Shown piece after piece: positions 12,001-23,500 of a stretch of 64,000 nucleotides of DNA. The notes below the pieces were generated by a model. It did not search any database. It had not been told where the DNA came from and saw only the letters and a program-made list of their open reading frames with translations. The stretch comes from Phoronis australis (lineage: Eukaryota > Animalia > Phoronida). The first letter of the stretch is position 1; each line of letters starts with the position of its first letter. The translations under genes were made by a program, and so were the position numbers. The DNA is taken from assembly GCA_002633005.1 (NCBI GenBank), contig NMRA01000455.1:276595-340594 (forward strand). The letters are read 5' to 3'.

Positions 12001-13069
12001 TTAGCGGGGAATTTGTTAGACGTGTGTCTTCCTTGCTGGTAGTCAGATGTCACTTGGTTGCTCGCTGTGTTGACTGAAGACAATGACAAGTAGCTTCATG
12101 TGCATGACTTTATTGTTCTCTGTTTTTGTCCAGTCTGTTTCGCTCTCAAGTATCTGAATGTTATTCCACTGCATGTTGTTTTGTCCTCGTGTGCACTGCT
12201 ACTCCCCATAGGCTATTGCCTTTCATTGCAGCATTTCTTGTGTTCAATAATCCTGCAGGATCCCAGTAGAAAGGTAGGATTTTCCACATTCATATGGGCC
12301 TTGATGTTCTTGGCTTAGCGGTTTAGTGGTTAGGGAAATGGACTCACAACCTTAAGGCCCCTAGTTCAATCCCAGAATGTTCATCATTGACCACCCTGAG
12401 TGTATCATCCACCCGCGCTCGTTCTTTTAAGAGCGCTGTAACACTTGAAGATGACCGGAAAATTATCGACCGAAACGTCGTACCGCTAGAGGTTGGTGTA
12501 AATAGACCAATAGATTTTACAAATGGTGCAATCAGAAGTTAATAAAATCAAAACGTTAGGATCTATCTATAGTGTTGACTGCCTGAAATGGCGAGTATCA
12601 TAACCTCTCTGCTCCACACCCCATTCTAAAATAATTAAGAGCGCTTCAAATACAACACGAGACAACTAAAAACTGACGGCATAGCTCAGATCCTTGCTTA
12701 TTTATGCCGCATACTTACCGTAATGGAAGTTAAACCTGCTTTCGTGTCCAAATCCCCGAAAACAAGACTTCTGCTTTGAGAGCTCCAGTCATGACATTCG
12801 CTGCACAAACAACTATCTCGAAGCCAGACGATTGGGTACATTTCACGGCGGCCATCTTTCATTTCCACATTCACCAGTCTCGTGCTTGCATCATGGAAGA
12901 CTCCAGTGATCAAATCTTGCCTAGCCCAGGTGCTTGTGGAAAACTTTCTTTTCTCGGGGAAACATGCGTTCGTTGAGACACAGGTGACAATCTTTAAAGA
13001 GGGGTTACTGGGCGTGAACGCGGAGGTTTTAACCAATCGAGTTAGACATCTCAATAGCGACTGCTTCAT
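2858..13069 (-). CDS. BBOX1: Gamma-butyrobetaine dioxygenase-like, copy A; exons 13069-12719, 11411-11226, 6025-5877, 5041-4736, 3018-2858; last exon outside window
   Basis: GT-AG exons splice in frame (phases 0,0,2,2,1). WLRDSCLCSECH and WTDGHQSEF Zn-site motifs, NNVAYT..LGLHSDLPYY (HxD), LHCIKQ, GGNEFADG. Confidence 0.92.
3206..3471. mobile_element. MITE with CA...TG ends and probable 5-bp TSD
   Basis: Imperfect TIRs CATTCGCGCACCCAG / GGGTGTACGCATG; flanks GAATG / GAGTG. Confidence 0.55.
4736..5041 (-). CDS. BBOX1: BBOX-like copy A coding exon 4 (Fe-binding HxD)
   Basis: CAG|..TFDVVTLNNPNNVAYTDRRLGLHSDLPYY...RRPLI|GTAAG; 306 nt. Confidence 0.93.
5877..6025 (-). CDS. BBOX1: BBOX-like copy A coding exon 3
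   Basis: AAG|IMDDDQVLLEFLHKLWVSGLTIVEG...HETNYG|GTGAG; 149 nt. Confidence 0.9.
6408..6650 (+). mobile_element. Stand-alone tRNA-head plus hammerhead unit (Penelope pLTR-derived, SINE-like)
   Basis: A box GGTGTAGTGG, decayed B box GTTAAATC, tRNA-like 3' end GCGCCA (6480); CTGAAGA (6566) ... CGAAACGTCAG; AATAAA. Homologous to 11760-11991(-) and 12312-12520(+); partial copy at about 6290-6340. Confidence 0.7.
6560..6603 (+). ncRNA. Minimal type I hammerhead ribozyme motif (Penelope type), stem II partly decayed
   Basis: CCTGAAGA-T-stem II-CGAAACGTCAG; comparing copies suggests ancestral stem II GGTCGG/CCGACC. Confidence 0.55.
7236..7260. repeat. (CATCAC)n microsatellite
   Basis: Direct reading. 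Confidence 0.85.
11226..11411 (-). CDS. BBOX1: BBOX-like copy A coding exon 2
   Basis: TAG|ASDDGKTLKCEWTDGHQSEFSVDWL...YDK|GTAAG; 186 nt, same length as copy B. Confidence 0.92.
11760..12310 (-). mobile_element. 5'-truncated Penelope-like element: decayed GIY-YIG endonuclease end followed by tRNA-like plus hammerhead pLTR
   Basis: Frameshifted translation PYECGKSY / RIIEHKKC / GVAVH..KQH / QWNNIQILESETDW fits the PLE GIY-YIG C-terminus; then tRNA-like 11991-11913 and decayed HHR about 11840-11797. Confidence 0.7.
12312..12520 (+). mobile_element. Inverted pLTR (tRNA head plus hammerhead) at the 5' end of the Penelope-like copy
   Basis: GGTTTAGTGGTTAG, GTTCAATCCC, CTTGAAGATGACCGG...CGACCGAAACGTCG; back-to-back with 11760-12310. 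Confidence 0.7.
12719..13069 (-). CDS. BBOX1: BBOX-like copy A coding exon 1 (presequence plus N-terminal Zn domain)
   Basis: ATG 13069; MKQSLLRC...YPIVWLRDSCLCSECH...; donor ACG|GTAAG. Acceptor at 13094-13095 implies an upstream non-coding exon. Confidence 0.9.
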
Positions 13070-13511
13070 TCTTTTTTACTCTTAATTAGTTTCCTGAAAT
13101 GAAATCCTGAAACGATAAGCTGAAACTAGGTGCAGTGATAGCAAGACCCGAAATCATTGCCGATCGACGCACGCATTACTTATTTAGTTTTTAGCCAAAT
13201 TAGATTCAGGGCGTTGAAATTAATAACGACGTTAGAGTGCAACACGAAAAACGTTTCGATATAAAGCAAATACTATACTCAACTCTTTGGGTAATGTACG
13301 CTTTTAGACCAGGAATATCGATACAGCCGCTCATAGAAACATGCGTCCAGCTAAACTGCATGCCAGTAGTATCTTCAATAAACTGCTACCCTATGAAGAT
13401 GCGAAGAGGAAGACGCATCTGGCCAACGTTGCAGATAACAATAAATCGAAATATTGCACGAGACACGCAAGGAGGCGCTCGGTGCCGGATTATGCACCAA
13501 GGTACACGTAC

Positions 13512-13610
13512 CTAGGGTTTGGTTCAGGGAGTCCGTCTCGACGCCGCCAAAAAGTATCTCGAAAGCTTTGATGATGGGGAGAGGGTGAGGTGACAACTGT
13601 GACGTCGTGG
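13512..13610 (-). promoter_or_regulatory. Possible non-coding exon 1 and promoter of BBOX copy A
   Basis: Donor-like AG|GTACGT at 13511; CpG-richer segment; TGACGTC (CRE-like) near 13600. Confidence 0.3.
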
Positions 13611-14369
13611 GACCTCAAATGAACAGAGCTTCATTCAGCTCAGATACATCTGGTATTGGCGGCGCAAACGAAACAACCAGCCTTCTGAACATCGAGTCTC
13701 TATCTTCCATGTATGAGGCGGTAACATTTTAGTTGTATGCTGGCTTATTTAAAACCACAGAAATTTGTGACAGTGTTGTTTTTTCCTAATGGGAGAAATG
13801 GCACATTTAACAACCAGGATCGATAAGAGCGGCCTCTGGTTCCAGTCGCCATTTTCTAGAGTATTTGCTGTGTACTGATGATTGCTCATCGCTGGTTTTT
13901 CGAAAGTTACAAGTCGATATGCCAATGAAAGTTGTCGGAAGCTCAGTTGTATTGCTAATTAATGATCACTTTCAAATCTTAGGCACACGTTTTAAAAATA
14001 TTTACTTTCAACTGTTGACTCGTTTGCGTAATGCTCTGTCCGCCGGTGTATCGGGTGTCTTTCCATTTAAGTCTAATTTTGGTGCATCAAAAACGAATGG
14101 TGATTTTTTTACAATAAAGACAGATTCACCAAACGTTAACACAAAAATAGGTGAAAACAATATTCCACTAAAACCAGCTGAAGTTTGGCTTGCAACACGA
14201 TTCAACCAATCCCACTGAGGAAGTCCACGCTCAGCGTTGCAGTCATGCTGTCCCACTTCACAACACAGTAAAACTGGGCAAAGTTAACGTTTACTCAAGA
14301 TCAAAGTAGCCAGCGCGGCTACATATGCATAGTGTGTTGGGTTTTCAAATTCGTGACATTCGCGTAACT

Positions 14370-14820
14370 GGATGACAAAACTTCAAATTGCCGAATAGGA
14401 AAATTACGACCGCATGTGCTTCTAAGGTCTGGATAAAATACAGAAAGTTGAGAGTTAGATAAAGACTGCAAAACTCTACACTAAAAACTGGAGATTGTCG
14501 CAGGAGAAACCTACCGGCAACTCCACTCCGTGCGACCACCGTATTCTCAATGTCACCATTGCTGGTGTATGTATCACAACCGGCATTCATTGGCATTATG
14601 ATTGATATCCTGAACCCAGTTTTTATATTTTTCGACACATCTCCAAAACGACAACGTTTTCTCAAACACTTGCTGGGAAAGAGTGCACAAATAAAAAGAA
14701 CACAAAACAACTTGTTGGCATAGGCAAAACCCATTCGGTTGAACGTCTACGTGTTTCGATGTTTTTTATATTTACGACTATTCGTGAATGCTTAGAAGCT
14801 ATACTGCATTGAACAAGCCT
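14370..14820 (+). mobile_element. Decayed hAT transposase fragment
   Basis: Frameshifted NCR..YD, CDHRILNVTIAGVC (C-x-x-H-x-L-N-L-like), FFDTSPKRQRFL, ..VER motifs; may extend left to about 13870. Confidence 0.65.
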
Positions 14821-14836
14821 GCAGACGTACACAATG

Positions 14837-14989
14837 CAGGGGTGGATCCAGGATTTTTAGTAAGGGGGGAGGGCAGAGTATTAGCCAGGATTTTACCCAT
14901 CAGACATTCGCACCATCGAATTGCCAAATGGAATCTGAGAGAGTTTTGGGGGACATGGCCCCCTTAGCCCCCCTCTAAATCCGCCACCG
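14837..14989. mobile_element. MITE, CAGGGG(C/T)GGATCCAG family, 5-bp TSD
   Basis: TIRs CAGGGGTGGATCCAGG / CTAAATCCGCCACCG; exact TSD CAATG. Confidence 0.8.
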
Positions 14990-15525
14990 CAATGTTATAT
15001 CCAGGTCTGTTGACAAGCCTCGTTCCAAACCAGGACCGTAACCACGATTTGGGCAGGCAGCCGTATGTCAAGTTTTCATTAAAAGAAACAAAAGAGAAGT
15101 AATCTTTAGATGTCTCATGCACGGATATGTGGTATACAAGTTTGCTTGACCACCGTGGTGTAAAAAAATATGTAAACTGTGTCAGAATTAAATAAGAATA
15201 TTGATCCTTTTTTCATAATCACGAAATGCACGTTGTTTTAAAACATTTCAAACTTTCTACTACGCCGTACAACAACTAGTGGCTAACGTTACTTGTTTAC
15301 TTATGCAGTCAGACGCGACAGACGAACCCCACGTGAGCAAATATTGTTTTCATAAATCCATTACTCCGAATAGCGAGACATGAGCCTAATAGATGCGCAT
15401 CCCCACGGTTAACATAACCTGATATTGATATGCATACGATATTTTGCATTGACCAGATAGTACACTAGTATCACTCTATTAATTCAACCGAGTTTCAATT
15501 GAGGACGCCGTTTACTATCTGTATG

Positions 15526-15815
15526 CAGGGGCGGATCCAGGATTTTGAGTTGGAGGGGGGTAGAGCACAGGAATAACCAGAATTTCGGCAGATGCGCTTG
15601 TCCAGCCAAGATGTAGGGTTTGCGGACCTTTTGAATAAAATAAACGGCACACGGGTTTGTTTAGGGCCTATGCATTGTTTATTCACCCCCGAGCCCAACT
15701 GGTTGGGCGCATTTGCTGGTCAGCAATTCGCACCCGAACTACCAAACGGTATATGGTAGAATTTTTTTTGGGGGGGGTAGGCATGGCCCCCTTGGCCCCC
15801 CTAAATGCGCCACTG
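15526..15815. mobile_element. MITE, CAGGGGCGGATCCAG family, 5-bp TSD
   Basis: TIRs CAGGGGCGGATCCAGG / CCTAAATGCGCCACTG; exact TSD GTATG. Confidence 0.8.
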
Positions 15816-15859
15816 GTATGCACTAACTTTAATCAGTGCTAGACACAATAAACCATTCC

Positions 15860-16640
15860 TATCAACATGTTTATCTCTCCGTGACCAGTTGAGGGACTTG
15901 AGAGAGAAGCTCACACAGAAAGTGACTTCAAAATTAATAGTTGTGCATTTTTACAGAGTGGACACTAATTCGAAGGTTTATTTATATAGCCAGGTTACTA
16001 AGAATAGAACAGGATCGAAGGAAGGGATGCCCCAAGCATGGTACACTCCACAATGTTATACATGTATTGAGACGGTAGATGGGTTGTTTCTGTAGATTTC
16101 AAGAGATGGGACAAATGTTCTGTAGCCTGGCGAGCTTTTAAAATTTGCAACTGTCTTAATCGAGGAAAACCATCATATTTGTATTCTGTTCTGTTTATGG
16201 TCTTCTGATACTTACAGAGTATTAATGCTTGGGTATGTAGGGCAGGGCAGGTAGAGTTTACGACCATTGAGTGTTGTCATTTTATTTATTTTTTGGTGGG
16301 TTGCTTACAATATAAATGTACTGGTAACATTATTGTGTGCTAGTAAATGTCGGATTCACTGGAGGGATTAATTTAGTTGGTTGAAATCTGACTTTTGCTG
16401 AAGTGGAGTGCATGTATGGCACCAGTACGGTACAGCAACTTTGTATCTGCTAGACATTTCCCTTTTACAGTCACCGTGTGATTTTACTGCATGATGGTGA
16501 TATTTTGAAATAAATATATTTTGAAATAAATCAAAAACTTTGTTGTATCTCAATGTGTTGTTTCCGTGTGAACATTTTTCTTGTCCCTCTTGTTCTGGAT
16601 GGCCAATAATATGGAAGTGTGCTTGTTATTGACAGAAAAA
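15860..16640 (-). mobile_element. Highly decayed Penelope-like RT thumb, linker and GIY-YIG relic
   Basis: Motifs in the expected order across frames: NNKHTSI, RYK, IRHLLAHNN..TFI, LPYIP..SVSIRR, IYRLNTC, LLILKSL. Confidence 0.5.
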
Positions 16641-18662
16641 AACAGGCGATTCCCCACATCATGGTCGCATAAAAGGGGAACACTGAGTGGCGTAAAAATT
16701 AATATTGGTAAAAATTGGTAATGCGAACGCCTTTTTAAAATTTCTGTTCCGCGGGGTGTCAAGGTGGTTTATAGCAGAGTTTATAACAGAACATTTTGAA
16801 CTGTGAGACCATGTCGTTTCAAACTGTACAAATTACCAGTTCGCCACGCTAAGATGAATTAGGTACTAGGACAAGTAATACCAGGAAGTGGTTGTCTCTT
16901 CCTGGTAATACTAGATAAGTTAAAGAAAAGTAGCGTATCACTAAAGTAATTTTCCTTGAGACACCTCAGCACCCCTTACATGCATTTTATTTTTTGAAAA
17001 AACGTCTGCATATTAATGTAATTATTATTCCTTGGTATAACGTGAAGTAGACAATTCCAATCACCATTCGGGAAATTGGGTCTGTGCAAATGCAAACGTC
17101 GACCTCGGGCTTTGGACGCCCAAGCAGTAGTGCTCGCGTGGCACACGCGGGTAACCGATGTACTAGTATACACTATATGTGCGTGCCTTACCAACCCGTA
17201 CAGGGTGTTTTTGGTGTCGTGCATTCTTCTTTTTTCATTGAAATACTTAATGTTAACATATCAGTTATTATAACTCTATCGTTTTGCAAAATTTTGCTGC
17301 CACCTTTCATTCAAACTGACTTATGCCCTCAATTCCGATTACGCACATGTACACAAACATGTACAGTTCTATTGGTCAACTGTTGCATACAATGACACGA
17401 CTTTACATGCACACATATTGCTCATCGATTTCCACGGGTTTCCATTAATTTGTTCTACTTTGTATTATACCATTTTCTATACTTTATTCATTTCAGAGAT
17501 TGTCTTTTCGACTGAGCCGGCAGAAAAAGCATTAGAAATTTTGGCTTTGCAATGGCTTATATGACCGTTTAAGCAATGCGGTCACAGGTTTACATTGCTT
17601 TATGTTACCAATATTTTAGAACCTCGTTAGTGTTTAACATTTCAAAAATTTTATTCTGAAAATTCCCCGGCTTCCATAATGCCACCTAGCTTTTGTTTAC
17701 ATAGCATTCATCCTCAATATGACGGACCGCGTGCCACGCGCTGTCTGGCTTGCGAGTATGGTCGAGTCGTCTCATTGGCGAGAAAAACCCAGCAAAAATC
17801 CCGTGCTTTCATTTAAAAAATACGTCAATATCTCACGTAATCTCGCGAAGTCTTGCTTCTCTAGCGATCAAGGTCCTAGTGATGTTCTAGCGTTATCGAA
17901 CTCTATCCTGGCTGCCGGATGTCCACAATCTAGAAACAGAATCCATGGACAACGTAGTTATTTTAGTTTTATTACTTACAAGACCGCGAAAATTTTGCTT
18001 CAACTTCACTGCCTTTACGTGGTACCGGTACTAGTGTCTTCGTCTTGAAAGCTGCTTTGACTGACTTAGCGTGACTGTGAAAGTAGACTGGCTCCCCGAT
18101 CCTCTGTGCTATCTGCTCTCGTACAATGTAGCTGGTAAACGGGTGACCTAGTAAACAACGCGACCTCCGTCTCAGTATTGTTTGACCTGTTTTGACCCTT
18201 GGGTGCGCGCATGCTGACGACTTAATATGGTACTACTTGCACCGAGTTTGTGAGAGCTGGTATACCTCGTCAGCTCGCCAGATGTCGCCACAGTAAAAAT
18301 TTTCCGTATTACCCGGAACATCAGGCCATGGCTTTATAAGCAAAATAATGCGTTTTTTTGAGAACACTTGATAATGCAAATGACCTAGAATTTAATGCCA
18401 CGGTCCTATATTAGAGTAAAAGGGACATTAGCTGTTCATGAAGTACTATCTACGTTAGCGAATTAAATTAGCGCCTCGGCACCAGGATCGTCTGTCAAAA
18501 TGTGACTAACGTACTTAACCTGGCCACTTAAACTTAATAACCGAACCATTGATCGATAAGGCGGCAAAGTAGCATACATAAGAAAATTGGATCTGAAGCA
18601 AATGATAACTTTTTTAGAATAATTGAACGTTATATTGTCACTATACGGCTCACAACATCTTA

Positions 18663-19072
18663 ACTGCTATGCGTGAACTTGGAATCTTGCTTAATCTGAA
18701 GATCGTGTATGCGTGAACTTAGAATACACGTAGAAACTTGACAAGTTCATTCAAATAACCACGTTCACGTTGACAACAAAATTGCACTGCACTAAGTTAA
18801 ATTACATGTTTATAAAATAAAGTAAATTTTAACCAATCTTTGTTGAACTATTGGCGATCTCATTCACCAAAAATAATTGATTTAACCATTCACACATTCT
18901 TTGACACAAGTTAGGGTAACGGAGAAAATGGGCGATCATGTGACCAATAATTACAAAAATTCTTTACACTGAACAAAACATTTCACTTGATTGCCCGACT
19001 GAATAATCAATTCCAAGTTCGCGCATACGCAACCTTGAGATTAAGCAGGATTCCAAGTTCACGCACAGCAGT
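18663..19072. mobile_element. MITE with about 60-bp TIRs, each holding a doubled ATGCGTGAACTTGGAAT motif
   Basis: 18663-18725 is the imperfect reverse complement of about 19010-19072. Confidence 0.75.
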
Positions 19073-19885
19073 GCTACCTGGCTGTCGAAAAGAAAGGCTG
19101 TGAAGACTCAAACAACTCGCATATTTGACAAGGTAAATAATACGGTGAGGAATTGCTAATGGTAATGATGAAATAAGAGGTACCATTTCATGCAATATGC
19201 ATTTAAACCTTGAGTTCATATTGCTTCAAATTTATTTTTTCCTCGGTTAGTTAAAATATTCACTGAAAAAGTCAGTTATTGTTCCTTTCAGGAATGGGAG
19301 TGATGTGTGTCAAAAGGCAACGTGTTGGTACCTCATAGTGATTTATAGTTGCTGAATACTTGAAGTTTGTAAATAAAACAGAACTTGCATGTTCAAATCG
19401 ATGCCTTGAATTCAAATGCGGAAGAGGATCTATTGATCTCCAACGAAGAATTTGGCAAATCTGAATAAAAGTTAAATGTATTTGAGAAAAAAGACGAGTT
19501 TCCGCGTTAATCAACTCGGTGTTTTCAATTTGACGGTATTTTGAGATATGCTTATTCCACTAATGAAAAATTGAACTTGTCCTGATTACTTGAAGGTCCA
19601 GACGTGTTAGAGCACAAGTTAATTTTTGTAAAAAAAATGTCTTCGTAATGTACCATTTGTGCCGTGTGAATATACTATTCCTGCGTAATTTTCGCAAGTA
19701 AAGAGTTACATGTACTTTATGCCGTTAATAATTATAATAACTGGTGCATGAAATGGAGAATGCCTGGGTGTTAACTTATCAAAGTGGAATGGTCGAGATC
19801 GACGTCCCATTTCCGCGCTACCTGGAAAAACGGATGGAACTATTAACATACACAAAGTCAAGGACTTGAAATTAATGACATGCAA

Positions 19886-19891
19886 TTTATT
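19886..19891 (-). terminator. Candidate poly(A) signal of BBOX copy B
   Basis: AATAAA on the minus strand about 490 nt after the stop codon. Confidence 0.5.
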
Positions 19892-20381
19892 GAATGCAAG
19901 TTACACACAATCTGTTTACATAGAATTGTTCAATTTTTGTTATGTTATGAAACGTTGACTGTTGCGGCTTTGAGAAGCTAAAATACGTGCACAAGAGGAC
20001 AACTTACATCAACGTCTCTCAGCGCAAAGAAGTTACACGCATTTTGGTTAAATTGCCCATTAGTTATCTCGCTACACATTTTGTTAAGTTTACATTTAAT
20101 TCCAAGCAGGTAGGTGACACGCAATTTAAGCAACACACCGATTAGTGAAATGCCGTCAATGGCGACTTTCCATAAAGCCTTGAACAGGTAAACTCACGTG
20201 CTCACACTTGTCTATCTTAAACACCCACCTAGCGTCAGAAGACGCTCTTCATGCAAGCTACAATAAAACTGCACTGCAACGAGAATACGCGGCTTCGTTG
20301 GTAGAAGACTCATTTTTGCTAGCTCCCTTCGCAGTAAATACTAACGACACTTCACGAACTATACTTGATGCTTAGGCTGTT

Positions 20382-20536
20382 TCATTTGGTCAGTTTGTCT
20401 TTGGTGACTCGCATTGTAGACTTGATTTCGTCCCAAGACCAGTAAACGCCCATCAACTGTCGTCCTTCTCCGCTCTCGTCTGTTATTTCTTGTCTCCCGT
20501 GGAGTACACGGCAGTTGTTGAAAATTACCATGTCAC
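20382..20536 (-). CDS. BBOX1: BBOX-like copy B last coding exon
   Basis: CAG|GDMVIFNNCRVLHGRQEITDESGEGRQLMGVYWSWDEIKSTMRVTKDKLTK*; absent from the ORF track. Confidence 0.93.
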
Positions 20537-23500
20537 CTGAAAAAATGCGTCATTCGAATACGAAAAAAATGATATTAACCAAAACCAAGGTCAAAATTAT
20601 TGAATTTTAATGTTCAAATACACCTTTCCGAAATACACTTATATTGTCATGGTATGACTGTTAAACTGGCTGCCCGTTAACTCTAAAATTGAATTTCTTA
20701 TGATTATCCACGATAAGTGAAAACTCTGAATACACACCTTAAGGCCAAACAAAGTCAATTGCGCACCACTCCATATTAGATAAGTGCCACTTTAGCTTTT
20801 GAACAGGAGCTTCTAAATTAGGCAATTACGTCGCCCTGGATGCCGCAGGGATACAGGGGTGATAGTACATCCCCACAAAAAGTTACGAATTTCAAAATAC
20901 AGGAAATAAAATCAAATTAAACATGCATATATGCACATGTAGTTATAATTAACACATACCATAAGCCTGGAGACGATTCAGTCAAGATAATTTGAACAAA
21001 TCGATGAAAATCTGTCGCGGTTTGCTCGAGTTTCCCTTACCAGAAGCTGTGAAATCACACATGCTGACGCACGCTTCGCCCAGTGTCGCGCTAGCCTTTG
21101 CCTAATTCACGTGACTCATTTGAAATACTTAGTTGTTATCGCGCGTGGTGAAAAAGTTAAATGTGACCAAAAAATGGAGTTGTAATTCTTCGCCAAAGTC
21201 ACCTTAATTCTCGTAACTAAACTTCATCGAAGAAAGTAAGCACCTTTTAAGTGATAGTTTAGGTGTGGAATGTATTTTTGACGAGGTGAAAACTCTTAAT
21301 CGGTGGCCGGATTTGGCCTACCGCCCGTTTAAGATAAACGGGACGAAAGTCGTACAGAAAGCGATGGGAAGTATTGTAACCCCTAACCGGCCAACCGAGG
21401 GGCTACGTGTTGCCTACTTCTAAATATGGATTAGCTGTGGACGATTTCATGTTTGAAGCATCCATTTGCGCTCTTTAGGCAGGGATCAAAGAAGATGTAA
21501 TTTCAATTGCTCTATCAATATTTACAACGGATTTCCAAATAAAAACCCCTCTCAAAACAATGTCCCCAGTTATCGTTTTTTGACTGCGAGTGTCTCCCTT
21601 ATCCCATGAATGGAGGTTAAATAAACTGATCGGAAATAAAAACCGTCGAAAATAGAAAGACCCGAGCGAAACCTTATCTGAAATAGCTCCCGATAATTGG
21701 TATATAAAACGTGTTAAACGAAGTGCCATGGGTATCTCTCCATTGGTGCTAACAACAGCAACAACAACAAGCTCAACAAAACAAGAATATCCATAATGAA
21801 ACCTCTCTGACGGAGCGCCATCTTGTGGAATCGACTAAAAAAGGGAGTGTATGTTAAGTGACGACGAAAGCAGCGTCTCCTTAGACGACAACTTTCGCAA
21901 TTCACTACTGACAAGACAGACAAAGACCTCGGAAACGACGACAAAGCTGCCAACACTGTCAGCTACTGCTGCCATGTAGCCTACATCGACAGCAACAAAG
22001 ACGACGACTCCGTCTTTAACACTAATGCCAAAACTGAAATGATCACAACAAAGACCACGAATCCACACTCAGTGAATGACAAACGGAACCAATAAAACAA
22101 ATAATTTCAGGAAGACCTATCAAGGGACGCAGGAGATTCGGCAGGGAATTTCAATCGTTTAAATATCAGTTCTCGGCAAATCTCGAATAGCTTGAGAACA
22201 GTGGACCCTGATGAGAAAGGAATTATACGCAGTCCTTGATGTTGTCTACCCACACAGGCCTACTAAATTTCAGACCATTCACTCAAACGTGCGCGTAGCT
22301 AAAACTCCGCAAACGATTACTCGGAAGTTGCCGTCATACTGCCGTCTTGGGCCTGATTTCGCCTAAAACAATTTGTTAATTTCATGTGGATCAAACCATA
22401 GGCAACGGGTCTATGAATAATAGACGCAAATACGACCTGTTGCACGCGTGCGATAGCCCAGCAAAAGAGATATGAGGATGCAACCAACAAAAACAGCCAT
22501 CAGTACATGTACGTACCTATCGTATAACTCGAGCACGGTAAGTCAGTGCGAGAAACAGATGGCTCATGCAGAAAAGCGCTTGATGACATCTATCCACCTA
22601 TTGAATTTCAGAAATACTCATCAAGGAGCGCCAGAGATAAAACATAAGAAATCATCCAATGACTCGTAGCGTCAAACAAATGCCACATGCCTGACAGCCC
22701 TTGACGAGATATATCTACCGATCAAATTATAACAGAAATGTTGAAAATTTGAAAATGACAGTCACTGTGTCACCTCTGGTCCCATTTCGTCCCAAAACAA
22801 CAGACCTCGAGGTTTTAACGAGATACTTGTTGGTCGGACGAAACATGCAACCTGAAGCTTGCGTACGATAGACAAGAGCAGCGAGGAATCGGTCAATAAA
22901 AGAACTTCAATCACCAGATCAGTAAAGCTCGAATATTTCAAGAGCGGTAAGTCAGTCGGGTGAAAAAACGGAAGTCATAATGCAGCCAACGTTTCAGAAC
23001 ATCCGTCAAGGGACGCTCGAGTTATGGCACGAAAAATCTATTACCCGTAAGGGAAGAGGAAGTCACAGGAAAATCTCCATTAACTGGAGAATGGTAAATC
23101 TTAGCGAACAGCGGATTTCAAATTCCAGATAGGTCTTGACGAGATGTACATGTATCTGCGCTCTCAATTTCGATATCCCATTTTATAGGATCGCGAAGCA
23201 GTAATTTAGTTCGATTTCGACCAAAAACTATAGACCTCGACCTTTCAGCGAGATAATTTCATGTCTATCGGACGAAACTTCTTGTATTCTTACAAACAAA
23301 CAAGCCAAAAGAGTTCACAACAAAGCAACATAATCGGAGAAATTTCAGTCCAATAATTACAACAACGATAAAACGTCAGAAAACTCCAGTATACTAGCGA
23401 TAAGGCATTGCTTAAATGTCACAGTTTTGCGTAGCAGTATTCCCCATGACACTCAAGAACGAATTTCATTAGGTTATTGAAGAACATTTGTGTTGTAGCA

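Noticed and set aside
21840-22070. Thr-rich mucin-like exon on the plus strand
   Set aside because: In-frame stops and no clear splice sites; low complexity within an intron.
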